Positions 38,001 to 50,200 of a stretch of 64,000 nt of DNA are shown piece after piece (position 1 is the first letter of the stretch; each line of letters opens with the position of its first letter). Under the pieces are notes generated by a model that was not told the origin of the DNA, did not search any database, and saw nothing but the letters and a program-made list of their open reading frames with translations. The position numbers and the translations under genes are program-made. This DNA comes from Macrostomum hystrix (lineage: Eukaryota; Animalia; Platyhelminthes): the NCBI GenBank assembly GCA_950097015.1, contig CATNEN010000002.1:620001-684000 (forward strand), read 5' to 3'.

Positions 38001-41000
38001 TGTCGCTATCACTATTCATCCTCTGGCTTTCCGAAGCCGATCTACTAAACTTACATAGATCTCATTTTTCATAGCCTATATTCTAACTGTGTATGTTCGT
38101 CTAGTCGAAATGTACATTCATGTAGCCTAATGTACATTCATGTAGCCTAAATGTACATTCATGTAGCCTAAATGTACATTCATCTAGCCTAATGTGCATT
38201 CATGTAGCCTAAATGTACATTCATCTAGCCTAAATGTACATTCATCTAGCCTAAATGTACATTCATCCCATCTCCCTACCCCAGCCACCAAGCTGAAGAA
38301 TCGAGCTGATGAACTCGAAGCGGAGAACGCCGAACTGCGAACAGAGCAGGAACGCCTCAGAGCTCGCCTGCAGGAGGTGAAGGCCAAATACCAGAGTGCT
38401 GTGGTTGACCGAGAGGACGAAGATCTGGAGACGGTGGACCGCGTCAAGGAGCTGCACCGCGAGCTGCTTGACGTGCGCAGTCAGCACAAGCAGGCCATGG
38501 AGGAGGTGACGAGACTGATGCAGGTGAGGCTGGTTCTGAATGTCCGTCTGTCTGATCAAATTATCTAAAAAAACTGTTTCATTCTTTGTCAGAACTCGGA
38601 GCGAGAGCGAACTCGATTAGCTGAAGATCTGGCAGACACGGCGGCGGAGAAAGAAAAACTCACAGTTGAAGTGGTCGGACTGAAGAACGCTTTGCAGTAA
38701 GCTAGACACTCTACTGGTAGTAGAAAGTCGGGGTTTCTCAATGCTTACAATCATAATATCTTTCATGACTATTTTTTCTTATTTCAGAAACAAGCACAGG
38801 GATAACATATTGTTGCAGAAGTTTGTTAAAAAGCACAATAAACTTCAGCAATACTTGGACTCCGTTGTCAGCGCTGTATGTCGAATTTTAAAACCTGATT
38901 TCTAGGTCATAATATAACAGCTAATCTTTTGTTTAAATTGTTTCGTATCTTGCAGGCAACAAATTTGCAAAACGAGCGAGATGCATTCAGAGCAGCTGTA
39001 AGATCCATTTTAAATGTTTATGTCCACCTGTCAAATATATATCCTACCTTAACTCTCGGCTATTCCGACACCCAAGCTCTAAAAATACCTGACACCTCAC
39101 TCTTGGCTCACCTGACACCTCAGCTCTCACCTCACCTGACACCTCAGCAATCACCTCACCTGACACCTCAGCTCTCACCTCACCTGAAACCTTAGCTCTC
39201 ACCTCACCTGACACCTCAGCAATAACCTCACCTGACACCTTAGCTCTCACCTCACCTGACACCTCAGCAATCACCTCACCTGACACCTTAGCTCTCACCT
39301 CACCTGACACCTCAGCAATCACCTCACCTGACACCTCAGCTCTCACATCACCTGACACCTCAGCTCTCACCTCACCTGACACCTTAGCTCTCACCTCACC
39401 TGACACCTCAGCAATCACCTCACCTGACACCTCAGCTATTGGCTCCTGACACCTTAGCTCTCACCTCACCTGACACCTCAGATCTCACCTGACCTGACAC
39501 CTCAGCTCTCACCTCACCTGACACCTCAGCTCTCACCTCACCTGACACCTCAGCTCTCACCTCACCTGACACCTCAGCTCTCACCTCACCTGACACCTTA
39601 GCTCTCACATCACCTGACACCTCAGCAATCACCTCACCTGACACCTCAGCTATTGGCTCCTGACACCTTAGCTCTCACCTCACCTGACACCTCAGATCTC
39701 ACCTGACCTGACACCTTAGCTCTCACCTCACCTGACACCTCAGCTCTCACCTTACCTGACACCTCAGCTCTCACATCACCTGACACCTCAGCTATCGTCT
39801 CACCTGACACCTCAGCAATCACTGCACCTGACATCCCAGTTGAATAATTAATAAATTGAACAATGCGTACCACTGTCCCGTCAGATGGAGGAGCAGGAGC
39901 GTCAGCTAGCTCGTCTAGCCAATCAACTCATCGAAGAGCTGAAACTGCAGAATGCTTTTAATGAGCGAAGCAAAAGCAAGGTAATGGAATTTACTCATTA
40001 TACGATTTTAAGGACCAATCACCTTTGATCTTGCCAACTCCTAACGCAAAAAGTCAACTTTTCAATGCAATTCAATGATTTTTATCTTACTTTCTAGATC
40101 GACGAAGAACCAGATGATGTAATTTGCATTGCTCATGGTTTACGCGCTTAAAAAATCTTTCATAATATGTGTACTTGTGCTGAAAGGTGTTGATTTAACA
40201 AAAATATTCATTAATGTTGCTTAAAATTCTGCGTTTGCTCAAGTGTCTCTGAAATAAGTAGAACTTTCACCGAAAACTAACTACTCTTAGCTTTGAAGTC
40301 TCCTTTCTAATTCTCAAACATTTTCTAAGATTCTAAGATTTCGAGACTAATTCTTGTTCCCACAAAATTTCATTCCAGGCTAAGCCGTCAATCAAATTGG
40401 AGAAGTTGATTCAAACGTGAGAAAAATAAGTTTTGATTACTGTGACTTATTACCAAATCGTACGAGTCGTAGGAACGATTTACAAATCTCTCAACGGCGC
40501 CATTTTTTAGGATTGTTACCCTTCTCAAAGAGAACGAAGGCAAGCGAGACGATCTGGAGAAGCAGGTCCGCTATCAACAGTCGCTGCTGCGCCAGAAAGC
40601 GCAACAGTTAGAGAGCGCCGAGGCCGAGAAAAGGTGCGTCCGAGTTGCTCGTCCCTTATTGGCTGGTGCTTAGGCCAGCAGGAGTGGCGGATAATTTGTA
40701 GCAGCAAATTCACTTCTTTCTTTTAACTCCTAATATTTAAAGATTCAAATGGCACTTTTATTTCCCCCCTTACCGCTAATTTGTCTATGACCCTTGTTAT
40801 CGATAGGTACAGTTGCACGGTTAAGACTTAAATGTAACCCCACGACAAAACTAAATAAACAAGCCCAAGCTTTTGCCGACTCTTAAATTTAACAGCAACA
40901 TTTGTAGCAAGTCAGCTACAAAATTGGTAGCAGAGCGTTTCATCATGCCAAAAACCAGGAGACACGAACCAGGCACAGCAGAAGCCCAGCGTCAACAGCG

Positions 41001-44000
41001 GCAACCCGATGAAACGCCTCAAATTCCCGAGCGAAAAATCACACAGCACGCAGTCAAACCACCCGCGTTCTATCGCAAGTCCCCAGAAATATGGTTCCGT
41101 CAGTTAGAAGCCCAGTTCACGTTAGCCGGCATCGTCAATCCGACAACCAAGTTCCACCACACACTGGCCGCTCTACCCGAAGACGTGGCTTGCTCAATCG
41201 ATCTGGATACGGGAGACTATGCGTCACTTAAGTCGGCGGTGCTCGAATCGTTACGCGTAAACCGGCACCAGCGCATCGAAGAGGCACTGGCTGCAGTTGA
41301 ACTCGGCGACCGCCGTCCATCGCAACTGGTTAACGACATCAAGCGCAAGTTCGGCGAAGTCGGTCTGCAAGTCGATGATAGCATCGTCAAGTCTCGGCTC
41401 CTGTCGGCACTCCCGACCCACATCCGTTCCGCATTAGTCGGACACGAAGACGCGCCGCTGGATGCTTTCTCTAAAATCGCCGACAGCATGCTGGCCGTGT
41501 CAGCCAGCACAACGCCGTTCGCCCCAATCAACCGGGCCATCGCACCCGGCCAGTTGTCCGCAGGAAACAAGAAAAGTCCGTTTCGAGGAGCTAGACGCGT
41601 TGATTTTCAAGCCAACCGAAATTCTCTCCGCCGCCCTAAAATCTGCAACGGTCACCTGTACTACGCCGCGGAAGCTCGCACCTGCCGACCGTGGTGTCAG
41701 TGGCCTGGACCGAAGCCGACGATAACACTCGCCAGCCGCCAACCTACTCCGACTCAATCCCGCTCAAGCAGCCCAACGCCGACAGCGGCGTCAAACTAGT
41801 GGGTCACGTGCCTCGGCCGAGCCGCGACCCCTCCCAGGCCAACACGTTATTACTGTTGTGTCAAATTCTCCGTTCACCCGTTTCCTTTATAGTTGACACC
41901 GGTGCTGAGCGATCGCTGCTCCCACTAAAATTCGCTCCTCAAAATCTGTTGACAACCACACATGTGAAACTCTGTAGCATCGATGGTCGAGAAATCCCAA
42001 CTTTCGGCCAATGCTGCGTCACTCTTACAATTCCTGGTCTCCGTAGACCCTACCCTGCATCATTTATCGTTACCGACACTGCGCCAATTCTCGGAGCCGA
42101 CTTCTTCCTCAAGTTTGGGTTCCTCATCGATCTGAACACACGACGCATACAAGACCCAGCGACATCTCTTTACGCCAACCTCAGTCCATCGAGTGTGCAA
42201 CTTCCCAAAATCAACGCCACAACTCAACTGGAACCGACCACACCACTCAAAAATTTCCCGCGATTACTGGAGGCACCGGACTACACCGCGCCACCCGCCA
42301 CATCTGTGCGACACCGCATCGAGACGACAGGTGAACCTGTATTCTGTCGACCTCGCCCATTATCCCCAGCGAAGTACGAAATCGCAAAGTTGGAATTCGA
42401 CAAGCTCCTCCGCTTCGGTATCGTTCGCCCCTCGGCCAGTCCCTGGGCCTCCCCGCTTCACATGGTGAAGAAGAGGGACGGCTCCTGGCGACCATGTGGA
42501 GATTATCGAGCACTGAACGCGGCAACCAAACCAGACCGTTACCCTATTCCGAACATCAATCATTTTCACCATCGTCTACATGGAGCGAAAGTGTTCAGCA
42601 CCCTTGACCTGGTTAAGGCCTACCACTTCATCCCGATTGCAGACGAAGATGTTGAGAAAACAGCGATTTGCACGCCATTTGGTTCTTTCGAATACATTCG
42701 CATGCCATTCGGCCTGAGAAACGCCGCCAGCACATTCCAGCGATACGTAGATTCCGTCTTTAGCGACCTCCCGTTCGTAACATCTTACATCGACGACATC
42801 TTGGTACACAGCCAGTCACGCGAAGAACATCAAGCGCACATCGAAGAGGTGCTGCGACGTCTAAGCGACAAAGGCTTGGGCGTCAACTCTGAAAAGTGCC
42901 ATTTCTTTCGCGATTCAGTGGAGTTTCTTGGGTACTTCGTCACTGCTGACGGCATCCGACCGCTTCCGAACCGAGTCGAAGCACTGCGGAAACTCGAGGC
43001 TCCCACTGACATGCAATCACTACGGCGCTACCTTGGCATGTTCGGTTTTTATCAGCGGTGCATTCCTAATTATGCTGAGATCGCCACCCCGCTACGACAA
43101 CTCGTCACGGCACCATTCAATTGGACGAAGCGACACGACGAGGCTTGGAAAGAACTCCAGGACAGTCTGGCGAACGCAGTCACCCTGACTTTTCCTCAAG
43201 CCAATGCCACATTCACAATCACAACCGACGCCAGCGCCACTGCCATCGGCGCAGCATTGCATCAGGTGGTAGCCGAGCAATCTTCTCCATTGGCATTCTA
43301 CTCTCGCAAGCTCTCTGACACGGAAGCAGCTTACAGCACTTTTGATCGGGAACTGCTGGCTATTTTTGCTGCGGTCAAGACATGGAAATACATGATCCAA
43401 GGCCAACAAACCACCGTGTTCTGCGACCACAAGCCCATCAGCGGAGCGTTTAGAAATAGGAAAGAACGGTTTTCCGATCGACAACAACGCCAGCTATCCG
43501 TCATCACGGAGTTTGTTAGCGACATCATCCACATTTCCGGCAAGGACAACATCGTAGCCGACACGCTATCACGACCGGTTTGCCCATCCCAGAACCCGCC
43601 ACCAACCACAATTCGACTGCTGTCTGACCTTCCTCAATGTGTGGACCTGCCAGCCATCGCACGAGCACAGAAGGAAAACCCAGAGGATGAACCCCAGACA
43701 GGCCGTTTCAACAACTTCGACATTGGAATCAAGGACTGCCCACTGCGATGCGAAATCTCGCAGACAAACCCACGTCCCGTCATCCCTAGGACTCTCCGAC
43801 GCGCTGTTTTTGACTCACTGCATGCATTCGCACATCCTGGCCGCAAAGCCACGCAACGACTCATCGTCTATCGTTTTTTTTGGCTAGGTATGGCTAACGA
43901 CATCCAAAGGTGGGTAGCCGAATGTCAACAGTGCCAGCAGTGCAAGACAGGTCGTCACGTCCAACGCCCGTTGCAACAGCTTCCAGCACCCTCTCAACGC

Positions 44001-45660
44001 TTCACGACGGTCCATATCGATTTAGTCGGACCACTGCCACCTCCAGAGTCGACCGACGTTAGTCCCAGACCTCGCTACTTGCTCACAATGGTCGATGCAT
44101 ATTCACGTTGGATTGAAGCTGCCCCTCTCATTGACATCACCGCCACTTCAGTCGCGTGCGCCTTCCTAGAATCCTGGATTTCTCGGTTTGGCCCACCATT
44201 GACGCTGGTGACCGATCAAGGCGCGCAGTTCCGCGCGGAGCTCAAGCGAAACCTGGCGACACTGCTCGGAATCCATCACATCCGCACTTCAGCCTACAAT
44301 CCGAGGGCAAATGGCATCGTCGAGCGAACCCACCGAACATTAAAGTCCGGGCTGAAAGCACGTGGCAAGAACTGGCTGCAGCAGCTACCCATCGTGCTTC
44401 TCGGAATGCGCATTTTTGCAGACGAGACAGGTGCATCTCCATTCTCCATCGTTACCGGTGAACAACCATTAGTCCCACCTGTAGTTGCCGACACCTCCTC
44501 TGTCAAGGAACTTTCCACAAGACTGCACCAACTTTTTTTTCCGTATCGCCAACCACGAACGCGCGAGGTAAGAATTCATCTGCCAGCAGACTTGGCTGCA
44601 TGCACCCACGTCTGGTTGCGACTAGATCGAGTTCGACGTCCCCTAGAAGCACCCTACCAGGGACCCTATGCAGTGTTGGAGAGACACGAAACGACATTTA
44701 CATTGGAAATCAACGGCAAGCCTTCTGTAGTGTCTATTGATCGAGTGAAACCAGCTACACTCCCAGCACCGGTACCAATTAGCAAAGCACCAGCAACTAC
44801 TGTAACACCGGAAAACCCACCGGCAGCAAACATACGTGCTAAAACCGCTTCCCACGTTCGTTTTTCCACAGAACCATCTGTTAAACTGTTTTACGCAACT
44901 GAACCATTATTAACCTAACTGAAAAGCATCGTTTTCTAACTGTTTCATAACGACAATCAAAACCTTTGCATAAACTCCGTTTTGGGTGGGGGGAGTATCT
45001 TGTAGCAGCAAATTCACTTCTTTCTTTTAACTCCTAATATTTAAAGATTCAAATGGCACTTTTATTTCCCCCCTTACCGCTAATTTGTCTATGACCCTTG
45101 TTATCGATAGGTACAGTTGCACGGTTAAGACTTAAATGTAACCCCACGACAAAACTAAATAAACAAGCCCAAGCTTTTGCCGACTCTTAAATTTAACAGC
45201 AACATTTGTAGCAAGTCAGCTACAAATTAAGTAAAAAACTTTCTACCCCCAACTCCTCCCCTAGAAAGGAACATCGACTCGTCTCTAATTGGCTGGGGCT
45301 TGAGAGACGAAAAATTGAACAGAAAACTTTCCACCCCCTAACTTACCTCCAACTCCTCCCCTAGATAAGAACATCCACTTGTCTCTAATTGGTCCGCGCT
45401 TAGACTAACACGAGAGACCAAGAATGTAGATTGAGCAAAAACTTTCCAGCACCCTCCGGCAATAAAATACCAACTACCACCCCACCCACCCTCCGACACT
45501 CTCATTGATAAAAAAGGTTCTGTCTTATCTCATTAGCCGTCACGATGAGCCAATAAAGTATTGTAATAAACATTATAAAATGATGCTATTTTTTCCTTTC
45601 TCCTTCAGAATCGTGGAAGACGAACTGGAAGACGCCTGGAATACAGCTGTAGCCAACTAG
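35062..45660 (+). CDS. CEP89: Centrosomal protein 89 (CEP89/CCDC123) homolog, multi-exon
   Basis: [25 protein letters not shown] resembles vertebrate CEP89 [25 protein letters not shown] (recalled). Also [17 protein letters not shown], and last exon 45609-45660 [17 protein letters not shown] (cf. REMEGELEVIWES). The first exons (from ATG 35062) and the last junction (40633/45609) are phase-consistent. Confidence 0.8.
36322..36475 (+). mobile_element. SINE family 1 copy with internal deletion of the central domain
   Basis: GTTGTAGCC..GTGGTTAG head and GTACCAGCATTAGCTGGG...CCCCAGTCCGTGGACTGAA tail match 52812-53030. Confidence 0.6.
38105..38265. repeat. 21-bp intronic minisatellite (AATGTACATTCATGTAGCCTA), ~7-8 copies
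   Basis: Directly visible; contains the perfect palindrome AATGTACATT. Confidence 0.93.
39085..39835. repeat. 24-bp intronic minisatellite (CACCTGACACCTCAGCTCTCACCT), ~30 copies
   Basis: Directly visible; produces spurious 8-aa-period ORFs (SGEVRAEV). Confidence 0.96.
40945..41799 (+). CDS. gag: Gypsy gag
   Basis: ATG just after the [24 protein letters not shown]..., [10 protein letters not shown] and C-terminal C/H motif [16 protein letters not shown]. Confidence 0.93.
   Translation: MPKTRRHEPGTAEAQRQQRQPDETPQIPERKITQHAVKPPAFYRKSPEIWFRQLEAQFTLAGIVNPTTKFHHTLAALPEDVACSIDLDTGDYASLKSAVLESLRVNRHQRIEEALAAVELGDRRPSQLVNDIKRKFGEVGLQVDDSIVKSRLLSALPTHIRSALVGHEDAPLDAFSKIADSMLAVSASTTPFAPINRAIAPGQLSAGNKKSPFRGARRVDFQANRNSLRRPKICNGHLYYAAEARTCRPWCQWPGPKPTITLASRQPTPTQSRSSSPTPTAASN
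41790..44918 (+). CDS. pol: Gypsy pol (protease-RT-RNaseH-integrase), in the -1 frame relative to gag
   Basis: FIVDTGA (protease), YIDDILV (RT), [10 protein letters not shown] (RNase H), H..H..C..C zinc finger, VHIDLVGP / TDQGAQF / NGIVER (DDE) and PYQGPY (GPY/F). No env ORF. Confidence 0.97.
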   Translation, partial: VKLVGHVPRPSRDPSQANTLLLLCQILRSPVSFIVDTGAERSLLPLKFAPQNLLTTTHVKLCSIDGREIPTFGQCCVTLTIPGLRRPYPASFIVTDTAPILGADFFLKFGFLIDLNTRRIQDPATSLYANLSPSSVQLPKINATTQLEPTTPLKNFPRLLEAPDYTAPPATSVRHRIETTGEPVFCRPRPLSPAKYEIAKLEFDKLLRFGIVRPSASPWASPLHMVKKRDGSWRPCGDYRALNAATKPDRYPIPNINHFHHRLHGAKVFSTLDLVKAYHFIPIADEDVEKTAICTPFGSFEYIRMPFGLRNAASTFQRYVDSVFSDLPFVTSYIDDILVHSQSREEHQAHIEEVLRRLSDKGLGVNSEKCHFFRDSVEFLGYFVTADGIRPLPNRVEALRKLEAPTDMQSLRRYLGMFGFYQRCIPNYAEIATPLRQLVTAPFNWTKRHDEAWKELQDSLANAVTLTFPQANATFTITTDASATAIGAALHQVVAEQSSPLAFYSRKLSDTEAAYSTFDRELLAIFAAVKTWKYMIQGQQTTVFCDHKPISGAFRNRKERFSDRQQRQLSVITEFVSDIIHISGKDNIVADTLSRPVCPSQNPPPTTIRLLSDLPQCVDLPAIARAQKENPEDEPQTGRFNNFDIGIKDCPLRCEISQTNPRPVIPRTLRRAVFDSLHAFAHPGRKATQRLIVYRFFWLGMANDIQRWVAECQQCQQCKTGRHVQRPLQQLPAPSQRFTTVHIDLVGPLPPPESTDVSPRPRYLLTMVDAYSRWIEAAPLIDITATSVACAFLESWISRFGPPLTLVTDQGAQFRAELKRNLATLLGIHHIRTSAYNPRANGIVERTHRTLKSGLKARGKNWLQQLPIVLLGMRIFADETGASPFSIVTGEQPLVPPVVADTSSVKELSTRLHQLFFPYRQPRTREVRIHLPADLAACTHVWLRLDRVRRPLEAPYQGPYAVLERHETTFTLEINGKPSVVSIDRVKPATLPAPVPISKAPATTVTPENPPAANIRAKTASHVRFSTEPSVKLFYATEPLLT

Positions 45661-46569
45661 TAGATGTCCTTTCAACTTTTTGTGACACTGTACGTCTGTA
45701 GAAATGAAGCAAATTTCTATGACTGGGCAATTCTCGCAGATTGTTATAATTACTTCGCATCTAGAAGTGTCCAAACACTTTTTGTTCAAACTCATAAACT
45801 TAGAAACTAAATTAGGATGTGAAACTCAGGCGCTAGTCGTTTGATAATTATTTCACAACTCGCTAATTGTGAATTGAGTTGTTAAGCGATAAAATATTCA
45901 AGAGTAAAACATTGGCTTTATTTTTTATTTTGCTAAACAGTAGATCGTACATCCGTCCAGTCTAATGTACATATTGTGTTCCTCACTTGTTGTTCCGTTA
46001 AGCTATTCTTTGGTTTGTGCTTTTTTCTTTATCAAATTTTAGTTAAACGCTTAGGCTTAGATTGTTCAGAAAAAATTTGCTGGTCAAATTTTTAATTCTG
46101 ATTCAAGACATTTGTGAACAGCGTGCAGTTCGGTATGATTTGGTTTTCGTTATTTCAGAAAAAAGCGTTTTAAAAAATCTTTCGGACTTATCATTTTTGT
46201 TTTGTTAATTTTTTCGTAGAAACCCTCGTCATTCAGTGAAACGACGTAAAGTCCACTTTCTTTCGCAAATTTCTTGTATTTTTTCTGCGCCAATAAAACT
46301 AGAAAAAGACGCAATGTCTATGAGTTTTATTTCTTTCGTTGTTGGATTCGATAAGAATCGGGCAGTAGCATCCGTTTATTTATTCAAGAAGTTGGAGAGG
46401 ACATATTTAGGGAAAAATAGTTCTTTCTGGAACAATTGTTTTGGATGTAAAACGCTAATTATAAGACATTGCTGTCTTATATTGCTGTTTAAAATTACTT
46501 GTTATTAAGTACTTTCTACGACTTTGGGACGAGTAACAGAACCACATTTGCAAACTTTATATTTATCTT

Positions 46570-46812
46570 TAAACCACCACCTCACTCCGCGACACTCTAG
46601 CTTCCAACCACCACCTCACTCCGCGACACTCTAGCTTCAAACCCTCACTCCGCGTCACTCTAGCTTCAAACCACCACCTCACTCCGCGACACTCTAGCTT
46701 CAAACCCTCACTCCGCGTCACTCTAGCTTTAAACCTCACTCTGTGACACTCAAGCTTCAAACCACCACCTCACTCCGCGGCACTCTAGCTTCAAACTACC
46801 ACCCCACTATGC
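46570..46812. repeat. ~29-34-bp composite tandem repeat (ACCACCACCTCACTCCGCGACACTCTAGCTTCAA), ~7 copies
   Basis: Directly visible. Confidence 0.9.
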
Positions 46813-47295
46813 GTACCCTTAAATATGACCCACGCACTATAAACGAAGGTATACACGTTTACGGTTGAATTAAAAAAAATACATCACATCTATATAATTG
46901 TTACTAATTGACTCTAAAGAAACAGAAAGTCTGTTAGTTGAACAACATAGATTTTTCTTCAAAAGCGATGGACTTAAGAAATATTAAATACGAATATTAT
47001 AAATTGCGGTTGACAAGTTGCAGCAGAAGTAGCCTGACAAGTGTAATAAAGCTTATAGTGAGTATAGTTGAAATATTTTCGGTACAGGTTCGCACACAAC
47101 GTCTGCAATCAGCTAATCTGTCTATGCAAATTTATAAATTAAGCATGTTTGATGTGAAAGATTGGTCAACAAAAATGTACGATTAGTGTAACAACGGGAG
47201 AATGAGAGAACGATGAGGATATGGATTGCACGAGAAAACGTCTAACGTCAATATCACTCTGCGAAAGTCACTGTCACGTACAGTCTTCAGTGGTT

Positions 47296-50200
47296 TCACT
47301 TGATGTGACTCATGAATTCGTCCCTTATTTTTGTGTCCTCTCGGAACGCGCCCATCATGGTTGAGGTGACCGTACTGGCGTTGATCTTTTGCACTCCTCG
47401 CATCACCATGCACATGTGCGTGGCCTGTACCACTACCGCCACCCCAGCTGGCCGAATGGCTTCCATCAGAGCCAATCCGATCTGCTTCGTCAGGCGTTCT
47501 TGCACCTGAGAGGTAGCATTCGTAGAAAACTTGAAATCAGATGGCTATTTCTTAAGCTCGATTTCCCATTCACTGAATTCCTCATTCACTGAAATCATTA
47601 TTCACTGAAATCCTCATTCACTAAATTCCTCATTCACTGAATTTCTCATTCACTGAATTCCTCATTCACTGAAATCATTATTCACTGAAATCATCATTCA
47701 CTGAATTCCTCATTCACTGAATTATATTCCTCATTCACTGAATTCCGCATTCACTGAATTCCTCATTCACTGAAATCCTCATTCACTAAATTCCTCATTC
47801 ACTGAATTCCTCATTCACTGAATTCCTCATTCACTGAATTCCTCATTCACTGAATTCCTCATTCACTGAATTCCTCATTCACTGAAATCCTCATTCACTG
47901 AATTCCTCATTCACTGAATTCCTCATTCACTGAAATCCTCATTCACTGAATTCCTCATTCACTGAATTCCTCATTCACTGAATTCCTCATTCACTGAAAT
48001 CCTCATTCACTGAATTCCTCATTCACTGAATTCCTCATTCACTGAATTCCTCATTCACTAAATTCCTCATTCACTGAAATCCTCATTCACTGAAATCCTC
48101 ATTCACTAAAATCCTCATTCACTGAATTCCTCATTCACTGAAATCATTATTCACTGAAATCCTCATTCATTGAATTCCTCATTCACTGAATTCATCATTC
48201 ACTGAAATCCCCATTCACTGAATTCCTCATTCACTGAAATCCTCATCCACTGAAATAATTATTCACTGAAATACTCATTCACTGAAATCCTCATTCACTG
48301 AATTCCTCATTCACTGAATTCCTCATTCACTGTATTCCTCATTCACTGAATTCCTCATTCACTGAATTCCTCATTCATTGAATTCCTCATTCACTGAAAT
48401 CCTCATTCACTGAAATCCTCATTCACTGAAATCCCCATTCACTGAAATCCTCATTCACTGAAATCCTCATTCACTAAAATCCTCATTCACTGAATTCGTC
48501 ATTCACTGAAATCATTATTCACTGAAATCCTCATTCACTGAAATCCTCATTCACTGTATTCCTCATTCACTGAATTCCTCATTCACTGAAATCCTCATTC
48601 ACTGAATTCCTCATTCACTGAATTCCTCATTCACTGAATTCCTCATTCACTGAAATACTCATTCACTGAATTCCTCATTCACTGAAATCATTATTCACTG
48701 AAATCCTCATTCACTGAAATCCTCATTCACTGTATTCCTCATTCACTGAATTCCTCATTCACTGAATTCCTCATTCACTGAATTCCTCATTCACTGAATT
48801 CCTCATTCACTGAATTCCTCATTCACTGAAATACTCATTCACTGAATTCCTCATTCACTGAAATCATTATTCACTGAAATCCTCATTCACTGAATTCCTC
48901 ATTCACTAAATTCCTCATTCACTGAAATCCTCATTCACTGAAATACTCATTCACTGAAATCCTCATTCACTCAATTCCTGATTCACCGAAATCATTATTC
49001 ACTGAAATACTCATTCACTGAATTCCTCATTCACTGAAATTCTCATTCACTGAATTCCTCATTCACTGAAATCATTATTCACTGAAATCATAATTTACTG
49101 AAATTCTTATTAAATAAGTTATTTGATCAAAGGCGGAGGTCCGAAATTCAGTTGCTGAAAAAGTTGAGGGCGTGTTGCAGGTACAGAAATATACCCAATA
49201 CTGTTTGTGAAATTGTGTGTCTGCGAATTAATCGGAAAAACGTATCGAATTTCGTAGAAGAATGATACAATGCACTCAGTGACAAGGACCTAATTGACCA
49301 TTAGTTGTATATTCGCATCTGGTGATACAGATTTCTTCCTAACGCAGCGTTCCCAAAATCGTTCGAGACACTGGCCCTATTTTTAGACGAATCGAACACA
49401 TTGACCAGTTAAGAGCCCAGGAAATATTTATAGTTTCTCACCTGCAGCCTACGACTGTACACTTCAACAATTCGGGCCAACTTGCTGATGCCGAGAACTC
49501 GCTTGTTGGGCAAATATCCGATGGACACTTTGCCCATGAATGGCACCAGATGATGCTCGCACATTGAGAACATCTCAATGTCCTTCACTACCACCATCTC
49601 TTCGTGGTTCTCGTCAAAGACGGCGTCGTTCAAAATGTCACCAATGGTCTCCTCGTAGCCTGTGGAAGGATAGGCAAGCTAGAGATCATACCGCTATCGG
49701 GGATTGCGACACAATGGTCCATGAGTTCGAATCAGCAGCGAGGCAATATTTGTTGGGGCTTGTCCTGCAATTTACAGCCATGAAAGCCAACCCACACGAT
49801 ACAGTGAAAGTGTACACTGCATGATCAGTGGCGTAGCAGGGATTTTCGTCTAGGGGGCCGCGCATTTTGGGGGGCCGCGGTCCCCATTGCCGCCCCCCCC
49901 TGGCTACGCCCCGTGTGCATGATGATGTTTAAGTCAGGGAAGCTGTACAAGAACTCCTGTGTGAGTGTGTGCTTAAGGACCAGGGAAATGCCTCCTCTCG
50001 CTGGATCTCAGCAGTCGCGAATCATCGATCGCCAGCTATCAGCAGCCCGCAATGCGCGGAACTCACCCTTGGTAAAGTAGAGCATAGCCTTGGCTGCTCT
50101 CTCCGGGGTCTTGCGCAATCCCTGCCTCTCGGTGTCTTCGCCAACGCAGGTGATGATTCGCCTGTAGGCATCGGACATGTCGTCCAGAAGCTGATTGCGC

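Larger units (their letters stand above)
40697..45224 (+). mobile_element. Full-length Ty3/Gypsy LTR retrotransposon (4528 bp) in the last CEP89 intron
   Basis: 224-bp LTRs at 40697-40920 and 45001-45224 look identical by eye, with TGTAGC...GCTACA ends. 4-bp TSD AATT. PBS TGGTAGCAGAG (complementary to tRNA-iMet 3' end) at 40925. Purine tract GGGTGGGGGGAG before the 3' LTR. Confidence 0.98.

Noticed and set aside
41691-41789. Pol start at the ORF-track position 41691
   Set aside because: Non-ATG start overlapping gag; Pol is more plausibly made by frameshift near 41790-41796.
44918-45000. env-like third ORF in the Gypsy element
   Set aside because: Only about 80 bp lie between the pol stop and the 3' LTR.
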